64,000 nucleotides of DNA from Actinomycetota bacterium (GTDB lineage Bacteria; Actinomycetota; Acidimicrobiia; Acidimicrobiales; SZUA-35): the NCBI GenBank assembly GCA_039029735.1, contig JBCCFL010000003.1, forward strand, positions 12,257 to 76,256, written 5' to 3'. Positions 47,232 through 56,420 of the stretch are shown in pieces; position 1 is the first letter of the stretch; every line of letters begins with the position of its first letter. The notes beneath the pieces were generated by a model that worked only from the letters and a program-made list of their open reading frames with translations, was not told the origin of the DNA and did no database searches. The position numbers and the translations under genes are program-made.

Positions 47232-48788
47232 CTAGTCCCAGCTGGCGTTCGCCCAGCTGTCACCGGTCCAGCTGCTTCCGGTCCAGGACGAGCCGGTCCA
47301 CGACGAGCCGGTCCAGCTGCTACCCGTCCACGACGACCCGGTCCATGAGCTGCCGGTCCAGCTGCTTCCCGTCCATGAGCTGCCGGTCCACGACGATCCG
47401 GTCCAGCTGCTTCCCGTCCAGGCCGATCCGTCGGTGCTGGTCGCCACCCAGTCCTGGGGGCTCCACGGGCCGAACGGAGTCTCGTCGGCCCTGATATCAC
47501 GCCCGTTCAGCCTGATCTTGGCGTTGCCGCGGAGGTCGTCGAGTGAGCCCCGCCCGTTGGATCGAGCGTGGTTCTGCTGGGAGTTCTTCGGCGCGGACTT
47601 CTTGACCGCCTTGTGGATGTCGAGCGTCTTGTCCTTGCCCTTCGAGGCGTGGATCAGGAGCGCCTTCACCTCGTCGGGCGTGAGCTCCGGGCGGGCGTCG
47701 AGCAACAGGGCGACCGCCCCCGACACGACGGCCGCCGACTGCGAGGTGCCCGTGGCCTTGGTAAAGCGGTCACCGACGGCGCTGGTGGGGTGGAGCTGAT
47801 CGATCGTGCCGCCGGGGTTGCGGAGGCTCACGATCGTGGTGCCGGGAGCGAACACGTCCGGCCCGCGATTGTGTTTGTCGGCAGCGCTGGCGTAGTCGGT
47901 GTGTTCCCACTTCGGCTTCTTGTCCAGACAGTTGCCGTTCTTGACCTGATCCTTGCCGACCACTGCACTCACGGCGATGGCGAACGGGTCGTGCGCCGGG
48001 CTGGCGAGCTGGGTGGTGCCACTGCCATCGTTGCCAGCGGCCACCACCACGACGATGCCGTTGTCCCAGGCGTTCTGGATCGCCCGGCTCAGCGGATCGG
48101 ACTCGTATGCGATGGACCCTGGGGCTCGATACGACAGGTTGATCACCCGGATGTTCAGGCCGTTGGCGTTTCGGTTGGCCACGGCCCAGTCGATGGCGGC
48201 GATCACCTGGGTGACGTCGACGGCGCCGGTGTGGTCGGCCACCTTGAGGTTCACGATCCGGGCATCGGGCGCAATGCCCTGGAACTCGTCCTTCTCGTGC
48301 TTTTCGTCGGCGTCGTCGGTGTCGTTGGCGGCGATGATGCCCGCCAGGTGGGTGCCATGCCCGTAGGTGTCGAGGTGGCGCACGTCGGCGTGGTCGGCTT
48401 CGAGGGAGAAGTCGGGGCCGTTGATCACCTTGTTGGGACCGTCGAGGCCTTTCACCGGTACCACTCCGGTGTCGATCAGGGCCACGTCGACGCCGGCGCC
48501 AGTGTGGCCGTCCTTCCACACCTTGTCGGCCTTGATGGCATCCGCGATGTTGTAGAGCGAGCCGACGGCGTCCTCGTGTGAGTAGCCTTCGGCGCTCGAA
48601 CACGACACGCCCTTCTTGGGGTCGCCTTTCTTGGCCTCGGCCGGGCTGGCCGTGGCCGCCAGGAGCAGCGTGGCCGCGATGGCGACGAGGACCGACCCCC
48701 GCCGTCGTCGATGACGGCGGGCGGAGCGTCGGCGTGGATCATGCGAACTGATCTGGGTCACGAGAGGGGGTATCGGTACCCGGGCCAT
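47232..48788 (-). CDS. secreted S8 (subtilisin-like) serine peptidase with a C-terminal (GSSWT)n repeat tail
   Basis: Asp (VALIDTG), His (HGTHLAG) and Ser (GTSQSAA) triad contexts. Arg-rich signal peptide ...LLLAATASPAEA. The start is taken at 48788; in-frame upstream ATGs at 48884 and 48974 lie in the 90-bp duplication. Confidence 0.85.
   Translation of the reverse strand: MARVPIPPLVTQISSHDPRRRSARRHRRRRGSVLVAIAATLLLAATASPAEAKKGDPKKGVSCSSAEGYSHEDAVGSLYNIADAIKADKVWKDGHTGAGVDVALIDTGVVPVKGLDGPNKVINGPDFSLEADHADVRHLDTYGHGTHLAGIIAANDTDDADEKHEKDEFQGIAPDARIVNLKVADHTGAVDVTQVIAAIDWAVANRNANGLNIRVINLSYRAPGSIAYESDPLSRAIQNAWDNGIVVVVAAGNDGSGTTQLASPAHDPFAIAVSAVVGKDQVKNGNCLDKKPKWEHTDYASAADKHNRGPDVFAPGTTIVSLRNPGGTIDQLHPTSAVGDRFTKATGTSQSAAVVSGAVALLLDARPELTPDEVKALLIHASKGKDKTLDIHKAVKKSAPKNSQQNHARSNGRGSLDDLRGNAKIRLNGRDIRADETPFGPWSPQDWVATSTDGSAWTGSSWTGSSWTGSSWTGSSWTGSSWTGSSWTGSSWTGSSWTGSSWTGSSWTGDSWANASWD
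47253..47432 (-). repeat. 12 tandem 15-bp coding units encoding GSSWT-type pentapeptides
   Basis: DGSAW-T(GSSWT)x10-GDSW. The units use different Ser codons (AGC, TCG, TCC, TCA). Confidence 0.9.
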
Positions 48789-48824
48789 CCGAACTTGAAT
48801 CTGGTTCGTAGGCACCACGCCCCG

Positions 48825-48999
48825 CCGCCGGGGGCGTCCCTTCGGGAGTTCGGGGCGAACTCCTCGGTCGTGGTCCTCGGGCATGTTCTGGTTCTCGGTA
48901 GGGTTGGGGTCGGGCCGCCGGGGGCGTCCCTTCGGGAGTTCGGGGCGAACTCCTCGGTCGTGGTCCTCGGGCATGTTCTGGTTCTCGGTAGGGTTGGGG
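48825..48999. repeat. 90-bp tandem direct duplication (about 1.95 copies) between the S8 gene and prcB
   Basis: Copy 1 is 48825-48914 and copy 2 is 48915-48999, near-identical by eye. Each carries the hairpin GGAGTTCG-GGG-CGAACTCC (48845-48863 and 48935-48953). Confidence 0.9.
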
Positions 49000-49003
49000 C
49001 CGT

Positions 49004-49807
49004 ATGAACCTTCCGTATTTCACGCCGGGAGATGATCCCGGGCCCAGCTTCCTCGCGTTGCTCGGCCGCTACCAGGAGCCGTTCGGGTACGACGCCAATG
49101 CGTCAGCCGAGGGGCTCGACATCCCGCACGGCACCACGGTGGTCGCCGCCAAGTTCAATGACGGCGTTGTCATCGCCGGTGACCGACGGGCCACGTCGGG
49201 CAACCTCATCAGCCACCGCACGATGCGCAAGGTGTTCTCGGCGGATCGTTGGTCCGGGGTCGCCATCGCCGGTGCTGCCGGTCCGGCACTCGAGATGGTG
49301 AAGATGTTCCAGCTGCAGCTGCAGCACTACGAGAAGGTCGAAGGCCACGCCCTCTCCCTCGAAGGCAAGGCCAACCAGCTGTCGGGCATGCTGCGAAGCA
49401 ACCTGCCGGCCGCCATGCAGGGCCTCGCCGTCGTTCCGATTTTCGCCGGCTTCGATCGCCGCCGCGGGTACGGGCGGCTCTACGCCTACGACGTGACCGG
49501 CGGCCGCTACGAAGAGGAAGACTTCGTAGCCTCCGGCTCGGGCAGCCTGTTCGCCCGCACCGTGATCAAGATGGGGTATTCGCCTGAGAATGACCGAGAC
49601 GCAGCGGTGGATCTCATGATTCGGTCGTTGTTCGCCGCGGCCGACGACGATTCGGCTACCGGTGGCCCCGACCCCATGCGTGGCCTCTACCCGATCGTGG
49701 CGGTCATCACCGCCGACGGGTTCGTGGAGCTCGAAGAAGACGACATCGCTGCCCGCTTCGAGCGCCTGCTCGACGAGTTCAGCACCCAGGGAGGTGATCG
49801 CGCATGA
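49004..49807 (+). CDS. prcB: 20S proteasome beta subunit
   Basis: Propeptide followed by the HG-TTVVA processing site (Thr1). Confidence 0.95.
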   Translation: MNLPYFTPGDDPGPSFLALLGRYQEPFGYDANASAEGLDIPHGTTVVAAKFNDGVVIAGDRRATSGNLISHRTMRKVFSADRWSGVAIAGAAGPALEMVKMFQLQLQHYEKVEGHALSLEGKANQLSGMLRSNLPAAMQGLAVVPIFAGFDRRRGYGRLYAYDVTGGRYEEEDFVASGSGSLFARTVIKMGYSPENDRDAAVDLMIRSLFAAADDDSATGGPDPMRGLYPIVAVITADGFVELEEDDIAARFERLLDEFSTQGGDRA

Positions 49808-50484
49808 ACATGCCGTTCTATGTCGCGCCCGAGCAGTTGATGAAGGATCGGGCCGACTTCGCCCAGAAGGGCATCGCCCGAGGTCGCAGCCTGGTGGCGC
49901 TGGAGTGCGCGGCCGGGATCCTCCTCTGCGCCGAGAATCCCTCACGCAACCTCCGCAAGATCTCCGAGATCTACGATCGGATCGGCTTCGCCGGCGTCGG
50001 TCGCTACAACGAGTACGACCAGCTCCGCATCGCCGGTATCCGTCACGCCGACATGAAGGGCTACACCTACAGCCGCGACGACGTCGACTCCCAGGCGCTG
50101 GCCAACCAGTACGCCCAGATGCTCGGTCAGATCTTCACCCACGAGACCAAGCCGCTCGAGGTGGAGATTCTCGTCGCGGCAGTCGGGTTCGAGGCCGAAG
50201 GCGATCGTCTGTTCCACATCCGCTTCGACGGGTCGGTCACCGACGAACAGCGCTTCGCGGTGCTCGGTGGTGAGGCCGACGCCATCCGGGAGCGGCTGAG
50301 CAGCACCTTCGTCGAGAATCAGGACGAAGCCGGTGCGCTCCGCATTGCGGTCGCCGCCTTGGCCGGCGACGACCGAACGCTCGACTCTGGTGAGCTCGAA
50401 GTGGCTGTGCTCGAACGCCTCGGGGACGGGCGGTGCTTCCGGCGCCTCGAGAACGGCGAGATCGGCTCACTACTCGGCTCGTGA
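49804..50484 (+). CDS. prcA: 20S proteasome alpha subunit
   Basis: MNMPFYVAPEQLMKDRADFAQKGIARGRS... . Overlaps the prcB stop (ATGA). Confidence 0.95.
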   Translation: MNMPFYVAPEQLMKDRADFAQKGIARGRSLVALECAAGILLCAENPSRNLRKISEIYDRIGFAGVGRYNEYDQLRIAGIRHADMKGYTYSRDDVDSQALANQYAQMLGQIFTHETKPLEVEILVAAVGFEAEGDRLFHIRFDGSVTDEQRFAVLGGEADAIRERLSSTFVENQDEAGALRIAVAALAGDDRTLDSGELEVAVLERLGDGRCFRRLENGEIGSLLGS

Positions 50485-50544
50485 CGGTGAGGGTCACACC
50501 GATGTGATCTCTGGCCTGTCGGGCCGAACGGCTACGGTGGGGTT

Positions 50545-51906
50545 GTGTTCTCGCGACGGATCTACGGCATCGAGACCGAATACGGCGTCACCTGCACGCT
50601 CCGAGGCCAGCGGCGTCTGAGCCCAGATGAGGTTGCCCGCTACCTCTTCCGACGCGTGGTGTCGTGGGGGCGGTCGAGCAATGTCTTTCTCGTGAATGGC
50701 GCTCGCCTCTATCTCGATGTCGGGTCGCACCCGGAGTACGCCACAGCCGAGTGCGACTCGATCGGCGACGTCGTCATCCACGACAAGGCCGGTGAACGGA
50801 TCCTCGAGCAGCTGCTCGACTCAGCAGAGGAGCGGCTGCAGGACGAGGGCATCCGCGGCACCATCCACCTGTTCAAGAACAACACCGATTCAGCTGGCAA
50901 CTCCTACGGCTGCCACGAGAACTACCTCACCACTCGCAACGACGATCTCAGCCACTACGCCGAGATCCTCATCCCGTTCCTCGTGAGTCGCCAGATCTAC
51001 GCCGGGGCCGGCAAGGTGCTGCAGACGGCCCGGGGTTCGATGTTCGCGGTGAGCCAGCGGGCCGAGCACATCTGGGAAGGCGTGTCTTCGGCCACCACCC
51101 GTTCGCGGCCGATCATCAACACTCGCGACGAGCCCCACGCCGACGCCGAGCACTACCGCAGGCTGCACGTGATCGTCGGCGACTCGAACATGAGCGAGTA
51201 CACCACCTTCCTCAAGATGGGGGCCATGGCCGTGTTGCTGCGGATGGTGGAAGACCCCAGCTGCATCCTGCGGGACATGACGCTCGAGAACCCGATCCGG
51301 GCCATCCGTGAGATCAGCCACGACCTCGAGTTCGACCGCAAGGTGCGCCTGGCCAGCGGGCGCGAGGTGACGGCGCTCGAGATCCAGTCGGAGTATCTGG
51401 AACGGGCGCTTCGCTACGCCGAGACGTCCGGGTTCAGCGAGGACGAGATGCAGGCGCTGCGGATGTGGGAACACGTCATGACCGGTCTGCAGCGCGATCC
51501 GTTCTCGCTCGATCGTGAGCTCGACTGGGTGATCAAGCACAACCTCATCGAGGCCTATCGGGCCAAGCACGACCTGCCGCTCAGCGATGCCCGGGTGTCG
51601 TTGCTCGATCTCCAGTACCACGACATTCGCCGTTCGCAGGGCATGTTCTACAAGATGCAGGACCGCGGCCTGGTGGAGCGCACACTCGTCGACGAGGACA
51701 TGATGGCTGCGGTCGACACGCCGCCGCAGACCACCAGGGCGAAGCTCCGCGGCGACTTCATTCGGCGGGCCAAGGAGCGTAAGCGTGACTACACCGTTGA
51801 TTGGGTGCACCTCAAGCTGAACGACCAGGCCCAGCGCACCGTACTCTGCAAGGATCCGTTCAAGAGCTCCGACGATCGGGTGACCAAACTGATCGAGAGC
51901 CTCTGA
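50545..51906 (+). CDS. pafA: Pup-protein ligase PafA
   Basis: [10 protein letters not shown]...[24 protein letters not shown]. Confidence 0.95.
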   Translation: MFSRRIYGIETEYGVTCTLRGQRRLSPDEVARYLFRRVVSWGRSSNVFLVNGARLYLDVGSHPEYATAECDSIGDVVIHDKAGERILEQLLDSAEERLQDEGIRGTIHLFKNNTDSAGNSYGCHENYLTTRNDDLSHYAEILIPFLVSRQIYAGAGKVLQTARGSMFAVSQRAEHIWEGVSSATTRSRPIINTRDEPHADAEHYRRLHVIVGDSNMSEYTTFLKMGAMAVLLRMVEDPSCILRDMTLENPIRAIREISHDLEFDRKVRLASGREVTALEIQSEYLERALRYAETSGFSEDEMQALRMWEHVMTGLQRDPFSLDRELDWVIKHNLIEAYRAKHDLPLSDARVSLLDLQYHDIRRSQGMFYKMQDRGLVERTLVDEDMMAAVDTPPQTTRAKLRGDFIRRAKERKRDYTVDWVHLKLNDQAQRTVLCKDPFKSSDDRVTKLIESL

Positions 51907-51940
51907 CTCCTTGCGTGCCCCTGTGGGAGGGGGAGGGCCG

Positions 51941-52912
51941 GTGAACAAGCTCGAACGCCTGCTGAATCTCACTGCCGTGTTGCTGGCCACGCCGCGCCCG
52001 CTCACTGCCGAGGAACTCCGCACCAGAGTGGAGGGGTACCCCCCGGCGGGTGCCGCGTTCCATCGTGCGTTCGAACGCGACAAGGATGATCTGCGCGTGC
52101 TCGGCATCCCCCTCAAGGTCGAGCGGGCGCCGGCCACCGACCCACCCGTCGACGGGTATCGAATTGATCCCGACGAGTACTACCTGCCAGATCCTGGCCT
52201 TGATCCTGACGAGCTCGCGGCACTCCACCTGGCATCGCTCACCGTCCGGCTCGACGGCTCCAGCGATCACGAGGCCCTCTGGAAGCTCGGGGGAGTGGGC
52301 GAGGCCACTGGCGATGCACCACCGAGCCTGGCCGACCTTCCCTCAGACGAGTCGCTCGCGCCGCTGTTCTCGGCGATCGTGGCCTCGGAACAGGTTCGGT
52401 TCGGATACCGGGGTGAAACCCGCACTGTCGATCCCTGGCGCCTCGATTTCGAACGCGGTCGGTGGTATCTCGCCGGGCACGATCTCGACCGTGACGCCGA
52501 GCGCAACTTCCGCCTCGACCGCATCGAGGGCACCGTGGAGGCGGTCGGGCCGGCCCTCCACCCCCGCGCCCGGAGCGTCGACGCCCCCGCCGGCCCTCGC
52601 CCGGCCTGGGAGCTCGGCCCGGGGCACGCGGTGGCGGCCAGGATCCGGGTGGACGCCGACTATGTGGAGTCTGCCCGACGCCAGCTCGGCCCCAACGCCG
52701 ACATGCAGGCGCCAGCCGTTCCGGCTGATCATCCCGCTGCGTCCGATGGCAGCGTGGACTTCGTGGTACCCGTCACGAACCACGACGCGTTCCGCTCATT
52801 CGTGCTCGGCTTCCTCCATCGAGCCGAGCTGATCGAGCCGGCGGAGTGGCGCGACGACATCGTGTGCTGGCTCGATGGCCTCCGAGCGCCGACAGGCCAG
52901 GTGAACCGATGA
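51941..52912 (+). CDS. pafB: PafB-like HTH/WYL-domain transcriptional regulator
   Basis: N-terminal HTH (KLERLLNLTAVLLATPRPLTAEEL) and a WYL-type core (RGRWYLAGHD). Lies directly after pafA. GTG at 51941 has a GGGAGGGGGAGG RBS. Confidence 0.8.
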   Translation: MNKLERLLNLTAVLLATPRPLTAEELRTRVEGYPPAGAAFHRAFERDKDDLRVLGIPLKVERAPATDPPVDGYRIDPDEYYLPDPGLDPDELAALHLASLTVRLDGSSDHEALWKLGGVGEATGDAPPSLADLPSDESLAPLFSAIVASEQVRFGYRGETRTVDPWRLDFERGRWYLAGHDLDRDAERNFRLDRIEGTVEAVGPALHPRARSVDAPAGPRPAWELGPGHAVAARIRVDADYVESARRQLGPNADMQAPAVPADHPAASDGSVDFVVPVTNHDAFRSFVLGFLHRAELIEPAEWRDDIVCWLDGLRAPTGQVNR

Positions 52913-53907
52913 GCGCGAGAACCACGGCCTCAGATCGGATGCGTCGGGTACTGGCGGTCGTGCCGTGGATCGTGGCGAACCCCGGTCACACCGTGGCCGA
53001 TGTGGCAGCACGGTTCGGGCTGTCCGAGAAGGCCCTGCTGTCCGACCTCGACGTGGTGTTCATGGTCGGTCTGCCGCCCTATTCGCCCGACTCGCTGGTT
53101 GATGTGCAGATCGACGACGACGGGCGGGTGAGCATCCATCTCGCCGACTTCTTCTCACGCCCTCTTCGGCTCACCCCAGCCCAGGCACTGGCGCTCCTCG
53201 CGGCGTCCGACGCACTCCTCTCTGTACCGGGCGCCGATCCCGACGGCGCCCTCGCCCGGGCCTTCGTCAAGCTGCGCCAGGCACTGGGGATCGACGCCGA
53301 CTCGGCGATCGACATCCATCTCGGCGACGTGAGCGACGGCGTGCTCGACCTGCTGCGCACGGCGATGACGGAGATCCGTCCGGTCACCATCACCTACTAC
53401 TCCTTCGGGCGCGACGAGCGCTCCACCCGACGGATCACCCCCTGGCGGGTCTTCGCCGACGCTGGGGCCTGGTATGTGCATGCGTGGTGTGAACGAGCCG
53501 ACGGAGAGCGTGTGTTCCGAGTCGATCGCATCGAGTCGGCCGAAGCCCACGACGAACCGTCGCCGCATGGCCCTCCGAGTGACCTTGATGCCGGTGGCGT
53601 GTACAACCCGCGGGCCGACGATCCGGTGGTCACCCTGCGATTGACGCCCGAGGCAGCATGGGTTGCCGAGTACTACCCCGCAACGGTGATCGATCGGACG
53701 CCGGATCACATCGATGTGGAGCTCGTGGTGAGCGAGCGCCCTTGGCTAGAGCGCCTCCTCCTCCGATTGGGACCGCAGGCCGATCTGGTGTCAGCGCCAG
53801 GAATGGATGGTGCGGCCACCCTGGTGTCGGATGCCGCTGCTCGCGTGCTCAGCCGCTATGAGGTCGAACGCACAGGGGCGAATGAACTCCCGACGACCTC
53901 ACGCTGA
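52909..53907 (+). CDS. pafC: PafC-like HTH/WYL-domain transcriptional regulator
   Basis: RMRRVLAVVPWIVANPGHTVADVAARFG and the WYL core GAWYVHAWC. The ATG overlaps the pafB stop (ATGA). Confidence 0.8.
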   Translation: MSARTTASDRMRRVLAVVPWIVANPGHTVADVAARFGLSEKALLSDLDVVFMVGLPPYSPDSLVDVQIDDDGRVSIHLADFFSRPLRLTPAQALALLAASDALLSVPGADPDGALARAFVKLRQALGIDADSAIDIHLGDVSDGVLDLLRTAMTEIRPVTITYYSFGRDERSTRRITPWRVFADAGAWYVHAWCERADGERVFRVDRIESAEAHDEPSPHGPPSDLDAGGVYNPRADDPVVTLRLTPEAAWVAEYYPATVIDRTPDHIDVELVVSERPWLERLLLRLGPQADLVSAPGMDGAATLVSDAAARVLSRYEVERTGANELPTTSR

Positions 53908-53941
53908 ACGACAAAGCGATATCTGGGCTACTCTCGAAGGA

Positions 53942-55150
53942 ATGGCCCCGAACATCGACCGCGGCGATCACGCCGCCTCGGGTTTCGCACCCGAGTGGTC
54001 GCCTGATGCGGCTCCCGCCGACGGTGATGGTTACGCCAGCGGTCACGACTCGGCCCCATACGCCGATGAGTTCGAGGTGGGAACACAAGAAGGACGGCGG
54101 TCGACAACGCGGCATGAAGCTGATCGCCGGCCGGGTGATTACTTCTCCCGGGACATGCCGGCTCCGCCTCCGATGCACCGCCAGACCGGGCCACAGCCCT
54201 CGGTCGGTGATGCGCCACCCCCGTGGCTCGCCGCTGCGCCACCGGTGGAGCGCTCCTACGAGGATCAGCCCCGCCCTCACGAGAACGGCTACGAGGGTCG
54301 CGGGTCCACCACCGGGTTCGACAACGGCCACGACAACGACGCAGGTCAGGGCCCGCTCGCCGATCAGCCCTACGGCGGTCAGACCTTCGACGATCAGCCC
54401 TACGGCGACCAGACCTTCGACGATCAGCCCTACGGTGACCAGACGTTCGGCGATCAGTCCTACGGCGATCAGACCTACGGGCTGCGCCGGCCCGATGAAC
54501 TCGGGTCGAACTACGGCGGCGCCGGCGGGCCCGGGGGCCCCGATCGGGGTGGCCCTGGTGATTTCGGCGATCCTGAGTATGAGGCCTACTTCGACGACGA
54601 CGACGTCGAAGCGGAGATCGACTACGCCTCAGCCGTGACTCGCAACGCCCTCGAATGGGCAGTTGTGATCGTGGGTGCCGTGCTCGTGGCGTTGCTGCTG
54701 CGAGCCACGGTCTTTCAGGCGTTCTACATCCCATCGGAGTCGATGGAGACCACCCTTTTGATCAACGACCGGGTGCTGGTCAACAAGGTTGGATACCGCA
54801 TCGGCGACATCGAACGCGGCGACGTTGTGGTATTCGTCCGCCCCGACGATCAGCCTGGCGAGGTCCGAGACCTGATCAAGCGGGTGATCGCGCTTCCCGG
54901 CGAGACCATTCTCGCTACCGACGGTGAGGTGTACATCAACGAGCGCCTGCTCGACGAGCCCTATCTCACCAGTGACACCTTCACCAAGGACTTTGGCCCG
55001 GTGGTGGTGCCCGAGGGCCACATCTTCGTGATGGGTGACAACCGTCTCGAATCGTTCGACTCGCGGGGCTTCGGCGCCATCTCCCAAGACAGGGTCGTCG
55101 GTCGGGCGTTCGTCCTGTTCTGGCCGTTCAACCGGGCAGGCGCCCTGTAG
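53942..55150 (+). CDS. lepB: signal peptidase I with a roughly 240-aa disordered N-terminal extension
   Basis: The S26 catalytic region has IPSESMETTL (Ser), RVIALPGE (Lys region) and GDNRLESFDSRGFG. It is preceded by one TM helix and a Gly/Asp/Pro/Tyr-rich region with 30-bp repeats at 54362-54481. Confidence 0.85.
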   Translation: MAPNIDRGDHAASGFAPEWSPDAAPADGDGYASGHDSAPYADEFEVGTQEGRRSTTRHEADRRPGDYFSRDMPAPPPMHRQTGPQPSVGDAPPPWLAAAPPVERSYEDQPRPHENGYEGRGSTTGFDNGHDNDAGQGPLADQPYGGQTFDDQPYGDQTFDDQPYGDQTFGDQSYGDQTYGLRRPDELGSNYGGAGGPGGPDRGGPGDFGDPEYEAYFDDDDVEAEIDYASAVTRNALEWAVVIVGAVLVALLLRATVFQAFYIPSESMETTLLINDRVLVNKVGYRIGDIERGDVVVFVRPDDQPGEVRDLIKRVIALPGETILATDGEVYINERLLDEPYLTSDTFTKDFGPVVVPEGHIFVMGDNRLESFDSRGFGAISQDRVVGRAFVLFWPFNRAGAL

Positions 55151-55193
55151 CGCCCTCGGCCGTCCGTCAGGCCGGTCTGTGGCAGCTGCCAGC

Positions 55194-55949
55194 TCAGTCG
55201 TCGTCGCCGACCACGGCCGCCATGCGGTCCACGTGGTTGCTGAACACGCCGTCCACCCCGGCCACCACCACCTTGGCGATCTCGCGTTCGAACTCGGCCC
55301 CCCAGGCGAGGGCGTAGCGGTCGAACCGGTGGACGAGGGCGATCAGCCCACCGTTCCATTCCTCGTGGCGGAGGTTCAGGGCGTCGATCTCGAGCTCACG
55401 TAGCCGGGCGGCCAGCTGCTCCGGCTTCATCTTCGCTCGGCTCAACCGGGTGGTGAGCACCAAACGGGCCGACGTGCGGGTGCGCCAGCTCACGAGGGTG
55501 TCCAGATCGGTCGAACAGAGCCACAGGTCACGCTCGGTGTCGACGGTGCCGGCTGAACCGTGGCCTCGGGCGGTGGCGACCACTGCGTCGAAGGCCGCTG
55601 GATCCTTGATGTCGAGCGAGATGGGCGTACCCGGTTCAACGATGTGGAGCAGATCGACCAGCGACATGATCTCCGGGACCAGTTCGGCCTGGGTCAGGCG
55701 ACCGATGGGGCGTCGGCGAAGCCGCGGGCCACTCTTGCCGTGGTGATCGAGCACGGGCACCCCATCTGAGGTGAGCCACACGTCACTCTCCAGACCCCGC
55801 GCCCCGAGTTTGAGGGCCAACTGGAAGGCCTCCACCGTGTTCTCGGGTGCATGAGCCGATGCACCGCGATGGGCGAATGTGATCACCGATCCATCAAGGG
55901 GGGCCGTACGGGAATCCACCACCCCAGCATGGCGACCCAATCCTCTCAA
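55194..55949 (-). CDS. glycerophosphodiester phosphodiesterase family protein
   Basis: FAHRGASAHAPENTVEAF...LESDVWLTSDGVPVLDHH. Confidence 0.85.
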   Translation of the reverse strand: MRGLGRHAGVVDSRTAPLDGSVITFAHRGASAHAPENTVEAFQLALKLGARGLESDVWLTSDGVPVLDHHGKSGPRLRRRPIGRLTQAELVPEIMSLVDLLHIVEPGTPISLDIKDPAAFDAVVATARGHGSAGTVDTERDLWLCSTDLDTLVSWRTRTSARLVLTTRLSRAKMKPEQLAARLRELEIDALNLRHEEWNGGLIALVHRFDRYALAWGAEFEREIAKVVVAGVDGVFSNHVDRMAAVVGDDD

Positions 55950-56016
55950 GAGAACCTAGGGCACTGCCGAACACAGGAGTACCGAGCCACCAGGCGCGGG
56001 CAGGAGGTACCCGATC

Positions 56017-56349
56017 ATGGCAACCATTCGAGCCAGCTGTTGCGATTGCGGTGACGTCGAGTTGACCACCGCTGATGTTCACGTGCGGATCTGCGACGAC
56101 AACGAGGCCGGAACCTACGCATTTCGGTGCCCGTACTGCCAGATGATGGTGGTCAAGCCGGCTGAGTCCCGCACGATCGACCTGCTGATTGCATCGGGTG
56201 TTGCGTTCTCGACCTGGAGCCTCCCGGCCGAGTTGCACGAGACGCACATCGGAGAACCGATCAATCACGACGATCTGCTCGATTTCCACCATCTACTCCA
56301 GGACGATCGCCGTCTGAGCGAGATAATGGCGGACTTACCGCACCCCTGA
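56017..56349 (+). CDS. hypothetical small zinc-ribbon-like protein
   Basis: CCDCG...CPYC pairs of cysteines, 110 aa. No family was recognised. Confidence 0.5.
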   Translation: MATIRASCCDCGDVELTTADVHVRICDDNEAGTYAFRCPYCQMMVVKPAESRTIDLLIASGVAFSTWSLPAELHETHIGEPINHDDLLDFHHLLQDDRRLSEIMADLPHP

Positions 56350-56420
56350 CCAGCGGATCCTGACCGCAGGCGCCGCTGTCCGCAGTGAATGGGGGAGGGC
56401 CGAGGCGATACCCTGGTGCC

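Noticed and set aside
47232-48974. Full-length 580-aa version of the S8 ORF
   Set aside because: The first 62 codons lie in the 90-bp duplication and encode a duplicated Arg/Pro-rich peptide ahead of an otherwise normal signal peptide. I prefer the ATG at 48788, but this is unproven (see the finding).
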